This document shows positions 16,434-26,900 of a stretch of 64,000 nt of DNA, in pieces. Positions within the stretch are counted from its first letter, which is position 1. Every line of letters begins with the position of its first letter. This DNA comes from Phycisphaerae bacterium. Lineage in GTDB: Bacteria; Planctomycetota; Phycisphaerae; UBA1845. A model generated the notes under the pieces. The model saw nothing but the letters and a program-made list of their open reading frames with translations. It was not told the origin of the DNA and did no database searches. The stretch lies in contig CAXXGO010000001.1 of NCBI GenBank assembly GCA_963666835.2, forward strand, positions 1,856,001-1,920,000, read 5' to 3'. The position numbers and the translations under genes were made by a program.

Positions 16434-19142
16434 ATGGCTGAGCCGCAAGATCAGTTCAAGTTTCCGGAAAACGCGTATCGTGAGCTAAAACCGGGCGAGA
16501 CCTTTGTTCCGATGGTGCCGCCGGACAAGACTGTGCCGGAGATCACCGGGCGAGCTTTGATGTTCGGCTTGGCCATGAACATCATCTTCTCGGTGGCGGC
16601 CACGTTCCTGGCCCTGAAGGCTGGGCAGGGGATCGAAACCGCCATCCCGATCTCGATTCTCGCAGTCGGTTTGTCGGGGTTCCTGCTGAAGGCGGGAATG
16701 CGCGGCAGCTCGATCCTCGAGAATATATATGTCCTGGCGATCAGTACGACGTCGGGTTACGTGGCCGGGGGGACGTGTTTCACCATGCCGGCCATCTACC
16801 TTCTGCACCTCGACACGAATCTGGGGATGGGCAAACTGTCGCTCTTCCTTCAGATTGCGTTGGTACCGTTTCTCGGGGCGATTCTGGGGATCATCTTCCT
16901 GATTCCGTTCCGGCGATATTTCGTCAAAGAGATGCACGGGAAGCTTCCCTTCCCGGAGGCAACGGCGACGAACGAGATCCTGGTCACGGGAGCTTCCGGA
17001 AGCACGTCGCAGGCGTGGATTCTGATCTACTCGTTTTTCCTTTCGGCGGTCTACACGTTTGCGGCCACCGGGCTGAAGCTGTTTGCGGACACGTTTACGA
17101 CCGGAATGGCGAAGCTCGAGGCGCTCGGCAAGGAGGGCGTCGAGACGCTGGCGTTTCGAACCGACCTGTTCGAGATGCTAACGAACAAGGTCAAGGCGGT
17201 GTTTGCGATGGGGGCCGGGGCGTACTACTTGGGCCTCGGGTTCATCATCGGGCTGCGTTACGCGTCGATCATCTGTGCGGGGTCGTTCCTCTCGTGTTTT
17301 GTGATTATCCCGCTGCTGGCGCAACTCGACCTGAACGATCTTCAGCGGTTGAACTCGGCATGCAAGGCTATCCATGGCCCGGAGGAGGCTGCCCCACGGT
17401 TTATGTTGGCGGGCTCGTTCGGTGAGAAGTTGGACGAGTTCAGCGGTGAGGCTTTGACCCGTGCACTACCGGCCAACTTGACGGCCGTCCACGGGGAGAT
17501 CCGCGATGCCTTCAGTGGCAACAACGTTGCTTTGGCGGAGAACGCGAGGATCGCCACGGAGACAACCGGAGAAGAATGGCAGATTCGGAGCGAGGAACTC
17601 ACCTTTATCCTTAAAGTGGAGGAAGGTGCCATCGCCGTAAAGGAGGAAGAGGAGAAGGCTCCGGCGTTTACGATCGCGGCGAGTTTTGCGGAGAAACTCG
17701 ACCGGTTTGATCCGCGCCCCGGGATTCGGGAAGAGATTGGCGCGGCGTTCGTCAGCAATGAGCACGCTTTCCTTAAGGACAAAGTTACGATCAAGGTCAA
17801 GAGGCCCGGGGCGGTCTGGGATGTCGTGGATAAGGAGCAGGCTTACGTTCTGCGGGCGGATCCCGAGTCGAATCAGATTGCGGTTTTCGCCAGAGAAGCT
17901 TCCGCAACGGACATCTTCGGTGAGATTCCCAAGAACATGGGCATCGGAGCCATCTTCACGGCGGGGCTGCTGTCCATCATGAAAATGGCCGGCGTGATCG
18001 TTACCGCGTTGCGGCAGGGGCTGGGCAGCCTTTTCCGGAAGGGCGATGGGGTGGTCGCCACGGTCGACCGCAATGACGAGGACCTCAGCTATCCAACGAT
18101 GCTGATTCTCGGGCTCGTGGCGATCGTTGTTATGGTGGTCTTCTTCCGGCTCGTCGTTCTCAACGGCATGGATAGCCCCGGTTGGCTTACTTTCGTCTCG
18201 ATTATCTTGATCCTGATCGTCGCGTTCCTGTTTACTACCGTGTCGGCGTGGGCAATTGCGATGATCTCGGTGACGCCCATCTCCGGCATGACGGTGACCA
18301 CGATCATTATCACGGCCGTGGTCCTCTCTCTGGCAGGTTTGCCCAAGGGCGACGGCGGGATGCTCGCGACATTGCTGGTCGGCGGGGTGGTTTGCACGGC
18401 CCTGTCATTGGCGGGCGGTTTGGTAACGAACTTCAAGATGGGTTACTGGCTGGGGGCCAGCCCCAAGAAGATCACCTGGTGTGCCATCGCGGGGTCAGTA
18501 GTGTCGGCGATTTGCGTCTGCGGGACGATCATGGTCCTGGCTTACAAGCCCGGGTACGACAGCGGGGCTCTGCCCGCGCCGCAGGCCAATATGATGAAGA
18601 GTGCTTTGGAGAGCTTCCTCGGTACCGGCGAGGTGCCGTGGCTGTTGTACGGGGTCGGCGTTGTTATCGCGCTGACTGTAGAGCTGATCGGAATATCCGC
18701 GTTGGCGTTCGGGCTTGGTATGTACCTGCCCATGTATATCAACACCCCGATTCTGATCGGGGCGTTCGTCGCCTACCTCGTCAAGCGAAGTGCCAAGGAC
18801 GAGTCTCTCGGCAAGGCCCGCAGCAACAAGGGTATTCTGATTGCGTCGGGGCTTATCGCCGGCGGCGCTATAATGGAGGTGCTGGTCAACTTTACGGCTG
18901 CGTTCGACGATCTGCTCTTGGGCGCTAAGAAGATGGTCGGCGGCGCCGAAGAGACGGTCGGTGTGATCATGCCGTTTTTGGACATGAGCGGTCGCATGAT
19001 TGACGGCGGCATGGATCCGGAGGCGCTGGCCCGCGTTCAGAACTGGCTCGGGCTGGTTCTGTTCCTGGCGCTCTGTGCGTTCGTCTACTGGGATTGCTTG
19101 AGGGCGAAGCCGGATGCCGATGCCCCGGAAATCCACATGTAG
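16434..19142 (+). CDS. OPT-family oligopeptide transporter with a large duplicated soluble insertion
   Basis: ENAYRELKPGE, EITGRA, LKAGQGIETAIP, LPFPEATA, PISGMT, APQANMM, GMYLP, ASGLIAG. GAGGA RBS upstream. Confidence 0.92.
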   Translation: MAEPQDQFKFPENAYRELKPGETFVPMVPPDKTVPEITGRALMFGLAMNIIFSVAATFLALKAGQGIETAIPISILAVGLSGFLLKAGMRGSSILENIYVLAISTTSGYVAGGTCFTMPAIYLLHLDTNLGMGKLSLFLQIALVPFLGAILGIIFLIPFRRYFVKEMHGKLPFPEATATNEILVTGASGSTSQAWILIYSFFLSAVYTFAATGLKLFADTFTTGMAKLEALGKEGVETLAFRTDLFEMLTNKVKAVFAMGAGAYYLGLGFIIGLRYASIICAGSFLSCFVIIPLLAQLDLNDLQRLNSACKAIHGPEEAAPRFMLAGSFGEKLDEFSGEALTRALPANLTAVHGEIRDAFSGNNVALAENARIATETTGEEWQIRSEELTFILKVEEGAIAVKEEEEKAPAFTIAASFAEKLDRFDPRPGIREEIGAAFVSNEHAFLKDKVTIKVKRPGAVWDVVDKEQAYVLRADPESNQIAVFAREASATDIFGEIPKNMGIGAIFTAGLLSIMKMAGVIVTALRQGLGSLFRKGDGVVATVDRNDEDLSYPTMLILGLVAIVVMVVFFRLVVLNGMDSPGWLTFVSIILILIVAFLFTTVSAWAIAMISVTPISGMTVTTIIITAVVLSLAGLPKGDGGMLATLLVGGVVCTALSLAGGLVTNFKMGYWLGASPKKITWCAIAGSVVSAICVCGTIMVLAYKPGYDSGALPAPQANMMKSALESFLGTGEVPWLLYGVGVVIALTVELIGISALAFGLGMYLPMYINTPILIGAFVAYLVKRSAKDESLGKARSNKGILIASGLIAGGAIMEVLVNFTAAFDDLLLGAKKMVGGAEETVGVIMPFLDMSGRMIDGGMDPEALARVQNWLGLVLFLALCAFVYWDCLRAKPDADAPEIHM

Positions 19143-19194
19143 CCTGATGACCGGGTAGCCTCTGACGGGCGGCCTGCGTTCGATGATGTTCGAC

Positions 19195-19231
19195 AAGCCC
19201 CGGCACGGCAACTACTGCTGTGCCGGGGCTT
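19195..19231. terminator. Hairpin between the convergent OPT and ftsK genes
   Basis: AAGCCCCGGCACGGCA/TGCTGTGCCGGGGCTT, a 16-bp stem with one G-U pair. Confidence 0.6.
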
Positions 19232-19318
19232 CTGCACACGAGCGGTGAAGCTGCTTATGGCATCGAACGCGGAACCGATGGTGCGTAGGCGGCCGAGCTA
19301 CTAAGCCGCACGGCGAGC

Positions 19319-21793
19319 CTACTCGAAGTCGTCGTCGTAAGCGGCCGACACGGTTTCTTCCGCCTCTTCTTCGAGATCTTCTTCTTCCGTCTCCTCGTAT
19401 TCGTCCTCGTCCTGGTCGGCCTCGTAACCTTCATCGAGGTCTTGATCGACCTGGCGGCACATGGCGCCCCACTCCTTGAGGGTTACGAGCACCTCGCGAG
19501 CTTGAGAGCCCTTGTATTCACCGACGATACCGGCGTCGGCCATCTGGTCGATCAGCCGGGAAGCGCGGGAGTAACCAATCGTCAGCCGTCTTTGAAGCAG
19601 GCTGACGCTGCCTCGTTTCGATTCCAGAATAATGCGCACCGCATCATCAAAGAGCGGGTCGCGCATCGTGGCCGCGCCATCCGTATCCGGCGCCTTGATC
19701 TTGACGAGTTCCGGGTGGAACTCCGGCTTAGCCCGGGAGGCCAGGTCTTCGAGAACCGCGTGGATCTCGTCGTCGTCCATGTACGTGCCCTGAGACCGAA
19801 CGAGCTTGTGCGAACCGGGTGGCAGGAACAGCATGTCGCCTTGCCCCAGCAGTACTTCGCCGCCGTTCTGGTCGAGCACGATCCGCGAGTCCATTCGCGA
19901 CGCGACGCGGAAGCACACCCGGGAAGGCAGGTTGGATTTAATCAAACCGGTGACCACCTTGGCCTCCGGGCGCTGCGTAGCGACGATGATGTGAATGCCG
20001 ACGGCGCGAGATTTCTGGGCTAATCGCGAAAGGTGGTGTTCGACCTCCTTGGCGGAAGTCATCATCAGATCCGCCAACTCGTCGATCACGACCACGATAT
20101 ACGGGATGTGGGTGGAGATCAGGGCCTTCTCCGCCTCGGAGCTGGGGTTTAGACGCTTGTAGAGCTTTTCCGCTCCAAGGGCGTTGTACCCGGCGATGTT
20201 CTTGACGCGGGCTTCGGCGAGCAGTTCGTAACGCTCTTCCATCTTGGTGACGGCCCATTCGAGGATTTTCTCCGCCCGAGCCATATCCGTGACGATCGGG
20301 CACATAAGGTGCGGAACGTCTTTGAACTGGCTCATTTCGACCATCTTCGGGTCCACGAGGATCATCTTCACGTGGTCCGGACGTTTGGTCATGAGCAGAC
20401 TCAGGATGATCGCATTAAGGCAGACACTTTTTCCTGAACCGGTCGTTCCGGCCATGAGCATGTGCGGCATCTTGGTCAAGTCGGCCACCAGCGCGGCACC
20501 GCTGGCATCCTTGCCCAGAAAGAGCGGCAGTCCCATTCCGGTGGCGGCCTCACCGGCCAGCATCATCAGCTCCTTGAGCCGGACGGTTTCCTTGCGGGTA
20601 TTGGGTACTTCGATCCCGACGGTGTTCTTACCGGAGATCGGGGCGACTACGCGGATGGCGTGGGCTTTGAGGGCCCGGGCGATGTCGTTTGACAGCGAGG
20701 CAATCTGCGAGACTTTGATCCCGGCGCCGAGCCGCAGCTCGAACATGGTAATCACCGGTCCGGTGTCAATCTCGACTACGCGGGCGTCAAGTCGGAACTC
20801 GGTGAGGGTCCGCTCGAGAATCTTGGCCTGCTCGCGCACGAACACTTCTTGCTGGGCACTGAATCCATAAGTAGGTTCGGTGAGAAGGGAGATCGGTGGC
20901 AAACGCCAGTTCTCAATCTGTCGTGGATAGGCGCTTTTGCGCGTCTGGCGCCGGGGCACCGAGAAGTTGACCTTGAGGGCCTTTTCCGCCTTTCGAGACT
21001 TGGGCGGCAGGGCCTCCTCCTCGCCCTCATCGTCTACCTCTTCCACGGCATCTTCTTCGTCCGGTTCCTCTACTTCGTCCGCCGCACGCTTCTCATCGAA
21101 GAGGGTCTCCTCGGAATCATCCTCGATCTTCTTACTGTTGCGGGGCCGGTTGGTGTTGATCCTCGGAGTGCTTCGACCCGCCGGCGCTGCTGCGGCCACC
21201 GGCCGCGGAATCGTGCCTGCCACCGCGGCTGCCAGCCGCCCGGAGGTCTCGCCGGCGGTTCTCAGCATGGTTGGAAGTTGCAGAACCCAGCCGTGAGTCG
21301 TGAAGACCAAGCCGACGAACAGGCTTGATGCAAGCACCAGCAGCGTTCCAAGGTGTGAGAGATTGCCGGTGAGCAGTTCGCCGAGCGCGTATCCGGCGAG
21401 TCCGCCTGGTCCGACCGGCAAGGTGGAGGCGGATCCCGAAGATAGCAGATGACTCGACGCGGCGGTGCAAAGCACGACCAACGTCAGACCGAAAACACGT
21501 TCCGGAGTATGCCCGAGACGCCCCCGGAGCACCCGAAGGAATGCCGCAAGAGTGGCAAACAGCAGCAGCGGATACGCACCGTCGCCGAGCAGGTATCGAA
21601 GTTCGTACGCGCACCACGCCCCCACGAGACCGCAGGCGTTGGCCGCGGGCACATTGTGGGGATATTGATTGGGGCTGGGCCAATCTCCGGCATCAAACGT
21701 CACCAGCGCCGGCCAGAGAAAGACGGTAAGCGCCACGGCGGCCAGAGAAACCAGCACGGACCGTGTAGGAACTGTCTCATCCGCAAGGGTCAT
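19319..21793 (-). CDS. ftsK: DNA translocase FtsK/SpoIIIE (4TM N-terminus, RecA motor, gamma domain)
   Basis: PHMLMAGTTGSGKS, VDPKMVE, IDELADLMM, ATQRP, SLLQRRLTIGYSRASRLIDQM. Confidence 0.97.
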   Translation of the reverse strand: MTLADETVPTRSVLVSLAAVALTVFLWPALVTFDAGDWPSPNQYPHNVPAANACGLVGAWCAYELRYLLGDGAYPLLLFATLAAFLRVLRGRLGHTPERVFGLTLVVLCTAASSHLLSSGSASTLPVGPGGLAGYALGELLTGNLSHLGTLLVLASSLFVGLVFTTHGWVLQLPTMLRTAGETSGRLAAAVAGTIPRPVAAAAPAGRSTPRINTNRPRNSKKIEDDSEETLFDEKRAADEVEEPDEEDAVEEVDDEGEEEALPPKSRKAEKALKVNFSVPRRQTRKSAYPRQIENWRLPPISLLTEPTYGFSAQQEVFVREQAKILERTLTEFRLDARVVEIDTGPVITMFELRLGAGIKVSQIASLSNDIARALKAHAIRVVAPISGKNTVGIEVPNTRKETVRLKELMMLAGEAATGMGLPLFLGKDASGAALVADLTKMPHMLMAGTTGSGKSVCLNAIILSLLMTKRPDHVKMILVDPKMVEMSQFKDVPHLMCPIVTDMARAEKILEWAVTKMEERYELLAEARVKNIAGYNALGAEKLYKRLNPSSEAEKALISTHIPYIVVVIDELADLMMTSAKEVEHHLSRLAQKSRAVGIHIIVATQRPEAKVVTGLIKSNLPSRVCFRVASRMDSRIVLDQNGGEVLLGQGDMLFLPPGSHKLVRSQGTYMDDDEIHAVLEDLASRAKPEFHPELVKIKAPDTDGAATMRDPLFDDAVRIILESKRGSVSLLQRRLTIGYSRASRLIDQMADAGIVGEYKGSQAREVLVTLKEWGAMCRQVDQDLDEGYEADQDEDEYEETEEEDLEEEAEETVSAAYDDDFE

Positions 21794-22057
21794 ATACTTG
21801 TCACTTCCATGTCCGCCGCGCAGGCCTCATTCTGTCATGCCGAACCAATCGCGCACTCGTCCCGAGTCTGCGCATACCCCATCCGCGGGGCTGATAACCG
21901 CACTTTTTAAGCTATCGGCGTTGAAGCTGAAAATGCTGGAACGAAAACGGCTGCGCCAAGCGCACCAAAAACCGTCACCGGGCGGCCAAGATCGCCGGAT
22001 TGGTTTCAAGATCAGATCCGCCGCCGTCGATGGCGGTTGAGTGCCCGATACCGCCGG

Positions 22058-22978
22058 CTAATTGACATCCTTGAGGGTGAACCAAGCGGCGTCGGCCCGC
22101 TCGATCCACTTATTGGGGTCGGCGTCGAATTCCTTCTTTCCGCTGTCACTGGCGAACAGGTAGGTCTTGCCGTTGAACACCGTGAACAGGTCCGGCCGGG
22201 CCGGCTTCAGCATGTGCTTCGACACGGCTTCCGTGCAATGCCCCATGTACTGGGGCACGTACCTGGCGGGATTCTCGAGGAACTTACGCTTCGCTTCGGG
22301 GGACGCCATCCAGTGTACATATCCGTGGAAGGCGACCTTCTGCTTCGGATCGCCCTTAACCGCTACGTTCTTTGTCTGATAGGAGACCGGGCAGAAGCCT
22401 TGATTGTGGGGCTGTTCGAAGTTCTTGCGGGCTTTCTCGATGACACCGCGCGGGTTTGCGACAAACGCCGTCTGCCTCTCGTACGATTCGAAAAGGTAGA
22501 TCTTCCCGCCGAGGTTCATGAAGCATTTGGGATCACCGAGAATGCGGCTCCTGGGCGATTTCGACATAGATAGCAGACAGCAACCGTCCAGTTCGGGCAG
22601 GTAGGCCGTGGGGTCCTGCTCAAACAGCTTCTTCGCGTGCGCGCTGGAGAGCATGTACCGCCGCCCGGCGAACACGTACTGATGGTTCTTCTCACCCCTT
22701 ACGGCTTTGCGAAGCCCGTCCGGCGAGTCCGCTTCGGCAAGTCTGTACGAGACCGGGCAGTATCCGTGCAGGGCGAGTTCCGGGATCGCCGGTGCGGGTG
22801 CTGCGGGTTTGGGCGATGCTGCAGGTGAGGCTTGCGCCGGCTCCGCCTGCGCCGGCTCCGTTTGCGCCTGTTTGGGCTCCTTGCCACCGGCCGAGACCGC
22901 TCCGGCAATCGCCAGGGTCAATACTATGGCCGCAGATACGAGCCCGGATGTACGAGAGTGCCAGCTTCGCGAACGCAT
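22058..22978 (-). CDS. Exported protein with tandem YHS-like domains
   Basis: Signal peptide, Pro/Ala linker, two copies of G(Y/F)CPVSY...F..(D/N)P..Y.P...G.C...G..YLF...F.A(N/D)P. GGAGG RBS before the ATG at 22978. Confidence 0.8.
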   Translation of the reverse strand: MRSRSWHSRTSGLVSAAIVLTLAIAGAVSAGGKEPKQAQTEPAQAEPAQASPAASPKPAAPAPAIPELALHGYCPVSYRLAEADSPDGLRKAVRGEKNHQYVFAGRRYMLSSAHAKKLFEQDPTAYLPELDGCCLLSMSKSPRSRILGDPKCFMNLGGKIYLFESYERQTAFVANPRGVIEKARKNFEQPHNQGFCPVSYQTKNVAVKGDPKQKVAFHGYVHWMASPEAKRKFLENPARYVPQYMGHCTEAVSKHMLKPARPDLFTVFNGKTYLFASDSGKKEFDADPNKWIERADAAWFTLKDVN

Positions 22979-23177
22979 TCGGTGAACCTCCATCAAGCAG
23001 TAAACTAACGCCAGTTTCTCGACCATCCGAGCCAAGCCGGTCCTGATGACCCGGGTATAATGCCGCCTGTCGAGAGTTAACCCCGCCAGATTATCACGCT
23101 TCAGATGCGTGTTGGCAATGATCTTTCGGTCTTCTGCGGACCGGCCTTCACCCGAGCTGCTCGGCCGTGCGCCTGCG

Positions 23178-23969
23178 TTATGGGGCCTTAGAGACCTCGT
23201 GCAGCGGTAGATCAGGAGTCCCTCGTAACAGAGGCAGCAGGTGGCGGCGCAGAAGGGGAGAGCTGACCCAGCCGGTATGGCCGCCGGTGTGTCCGTCGGC
23301 CTGCAGCTCCGGGGTCCATCGAACCTCCCGGAGCTTGCGGTATTCGTCGACATCATCGGCAGAGGCACTTTCGGGGATGCTGAAGCTGGTCATGCCTGCC
23401 GCCGCAGAGTGTTTGCGGTCGGTCGTTCCGAAAATGCGCGTGCCAAGTCCCAAAATACCGCGGTCCCGTCGGCTGACGAGAGCGAAGCACCGTTTCGCGG
23501 AACGCAATGCCGGACCGAGATTATACTGTGGCGACAACGCCGGGCAGGCCAGGATCAGCGTGTCGACCAGTTGCCGCCCGCGCAATCGTTCCAAAGCAAA
23601 AACGGCGATGCCCGCGCCACCGCTGTAGGCAAGAACGTGAATCACCGTGCGAGGATGGGCTCGCCGGAACGCGAGGAGCTTGCGGGCGAGCTTGCCGGCC
23701 ATAAGGCGATTACGCCGCAACCACATCAGGTCCGTCCAAATCTCGCCCGGGACGCCGAACTGCCAGTTGAACACGATGGTGCCCAGCTCGATACCCTCCT
23801 GCCGAAAAGCTCGGCGGACCAGCAGCGGAGCGAACTGGCATCCGCCGACCCCGTCCAGAATGAACACGACCTCTTCGTCAAGCGACCCGCAATGCTCCGG
23901 GACGCCGCGACGGGTAAGCTCGGCAAGATAGGCCGAAATCGCGGCAACTCTGGTTAACAAGAATCCCAT
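23178..23969 (-). CDS. Putative alpha/beta-hydrolase-fold protein
   Basis: ILDGVGG oxyanion-type loop, AYSGG nucleophile elbow, C-terminal GHTGW. Co-oriented directly after addB. Confidence 0.65.
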   Translation of the reverse strand: MGFLLTRVAAISAYLAELTRRGVPEHCGSLDEEVVFILDGVGGCQFAPLLVRRAFRQEGIELGTIVFNWQFGVPGEIWTDLMWLRRNRLMAGKLARKLLAFRRAHPRTVIHVLAYSGGAGIAVFALERLRGRQLVDTLILACPALSPQYNLGPALRSAKRCFALVSRRDRGILGLGTRIFGTTDRKHSAAAGMTSFSIPESASADDVDEYRKLREVRWTPELQADGHTGGHTGWVSSPLLRRHLLPLLRGTPDLPLHEVSKAP

Positions 23970-23988
23970 GGTTTAGTGGTCCGTGCGG

Positions 23989-26900
23989 CTAAGCCGGATT
24001 GCCGTTCGGTTTCTTCTTGGTCTTCCCTGGTTCACGGGTCAGGATCCTGAAGATCTCGGATCGCTTCAATGACTCCAGGAAACGCACGTCGCTCAGCCCC
24101 ATCTCGAAGTGGCAGACTCCGGACATCGTACACCACGAGCACGGCGAGAACGTGCCGAGGCGGTACGGCTTCACCGTGATGCAACCGTCCAGAATGCCGT
24201 CGGCCAACTCTCCAAGCTTCAACCGGGTGTGGTCGAGCACGGCTTGGAACGACTCGGCGTCCGCCCCGTCGCCCGAGTCCACATGTCCGAGCGATCCGTC
24301 CTTTTTCACGTAGACGCTGAAGAACTCCGACCGTCCCGTACCGGCGGACGAGTCCAGCGCGGAAAGACCGTCAATATTAACGAGCCCGCGCGGGCGAGCG
24401 ACGCCGGACAACAGCGCGTCGGGCGAATCGGTTGATTCAGGCCCGTCGACCACGTCGTACGTCGGAGTCAGGCTCACGTACAACGCGGCAATCGGACGGA
24501 TCGGGCGACCGGCGAGCGTCTCCCCGCGCTCCGCCAGGGCGAGCAGGTAGGCCGGTAGTTGAAGCGATAGCCCGTGATATACCTCGGCCAGCTTGAGTCT
24601 CTTATCCACCGTGCGTTTGTAATCGATAACCACGCCGAGCAACTCGTCCCCGACTTCGGCCAGGTCTACCCGATCGATATAGCCGCGCAAGAACACCCGC
24701 CGTCCGGCCGGGGTTGACAGCTCGACGGCTGGGAGGCTCCCCGGAGCCTCTACTCCGAACGGCAACTCTGCGGATCGCGGCTTACTAACCCCCGCGCGGG
24801 AGATGTCGCGTTGCGCGCGCAGAATCCGGCCGATCCGCGCCGCACTCCGGCGCAGCTCGTAGGTTTGCCGGGCATTGGAGAGCACCCCCCGATCGGGAAG
24901 ACGAAGGGCAACTCTGTGACAACTCTCTGTCAGGTTCGAGAGCAGTTCCTCCTCGCTGAGTCCGCCCAGGGCCTGGTGACGCCCCGTCAGATTCCTAACC
25001 AGATCCTCCAGAATCGCGTGGTGCACCTGCCCGACATCCACCGGGGCGAGCACCGCTTCGGCGCGTTCGCGAAGCCGTAGCATGTACTTGGCGAAGTACT
25101 GGAAGGGGCATGTCGCGTAGGTCTCTAATTGGGAAACACTGGTTCGGAAAGGCCCGGCCAGTAGACGCTCAATTGACCGCGGCGACAGCGCCGCGCCACT
25201 GGGTTGCCCCAGCGAGCTCAAGGCCCGGCAGAACCCCGGTTCCTCTGAGATACGACCCCGGACCCGGTCGTACAGCCCGTTCCAACGGGTCCTCGTGTCG
25301 GGGGCGTCCATGTCTCGGCTCGGTCTGGAGCGGAACTCCGAGACAAGCCGGCCGGCCAGGTCTCGCATCGTCAGAATGTCCCACATCTCTCGACTTTGAT
25401 CTCCAGTCGAGACCGCCTTCGACGATAGCCCCGGTAGGGCCTCTCGAAGCGTGGCGACATAAGGGGACGGCCGCAGTTCCTTACCGTCGGAGTCGGTGGT
25501 CGAGTAAGTCAACACGCAGGTCTCGGCGGCGCGGGTGACGGCGACATAAGCCAGCAGCGTTTCGTCGAGCAACCGCTCACGAGTGGGCCCGGTCACCCGT
25601 ACACCGTTGCCGCGCAGCAACGTCCGGTCATCATCATTGAGGATGGGCCCTTCCGTAGCGGATCTGGGGAACACGCCGTCGTTGAACCCGATGATGAGCG
25701 CCGCCCGAATCTCGGGATGACGGCTTCGCTCAATTGAACCGATCAGAACCTGGTCAATCATCGGTGGGGCCAAGCCGAGAGTCAGCCCGGCCAATCCCGT
25801 GTCCAAAACTCGGGCCAGTTCTTGCGTCGAAAGGAGCGTCTCGGAGAACGCGAACGCCAAGTCATCCAGGAAGGAAGCGACATCCCGAAGGACCTGCTCA
25901 TGCTCGTTGGCCTGGTCGACATCACCGTCACTTTCGGCCAGCTCGGCCCACTCTTTCAACAAACCTGCCACGTTAAGGCGATCGAGCCAACTGCGGATTG
26001 CGTTTGCCCACGCAGGACCGTCGTGTTTCTCTGGTCGGCTGGCAAAATCGAGCCACGGGTTGAGAGATTGGAGCAACTTCCGGCGGGTTTCGTTCACTCG
26101 TTGAAGATAGGCGGTTTCGGTTTCGCTGAGTTCCTCCTTCTTGTCTTCTGCCGTGAAGGATGAGCGCGTGAGAAACGTCCAATCCCCCCGCCAGGCCTCG
26201 AGCCCTTCGATACCGTGGGCGACCAGGTAATTCTCGAGTTCATCGGCGGCGTCGGGCGCCAGGTCGACAAGAGAAGTCTTTAATGCGATTCGTACCGAGT
26301 CGAGTGACAGATCATGCTCGGCCATGGCTCCTGCCGCTCGGAGCAACTCCACCAGGGGGTGATGGGCAATAGGGCGCCGCTGGTCCACAAAGCACGGGAT
26401 GTTCCGCGATTCAAACGCCTCACGCAGCAGATCATGGTAGTTGCCCAGGTCGCGCACTATCACGGCGACGTCGCGATACCGCATCTTGCCTCGGCGAACC
26501 CAGTCGTGGACCCGGGCAACCGCGTAATTTGCCTCGGCGCGCTGGTTCGGTAGCTCGACAAGCTCGACACCGTCCGCCGGGCCGGCTGGATGAGCCGGGC
26601 GTGCTCCGGCTAGGTAGTCCTCCAGACGCGCGAGTCCCTTCGAAGCCGTGAATCGCGGTGGGGCGGGTGGTTCCAGGATCCGGGGCTCTTCGACCTGCAC
26701 GCCCGCGGCGGTTAACGTCCGGTGGAGATCGCGGTAAGTTCGACCGGTCTTCCGGAAAAGCGCTCCGGGTTGACCTGCGGATCCTGGTGCCCGGGTCGCC
26801 GACAATGACGCCCGATCTGCCAGGAGCGTTATGTCAATATCCCGGCAGTAGGCGGCAAGGGCGACCAGAGTCCGCATCTCCTGGCCGCTGAACGACGCGA

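Noticed and set aside
22979..23368. N-terminal extension of the 436-aa ORF
   Set aside because: It overlaps the upstream gene; the RBS and signal peptide support a start at 22978.
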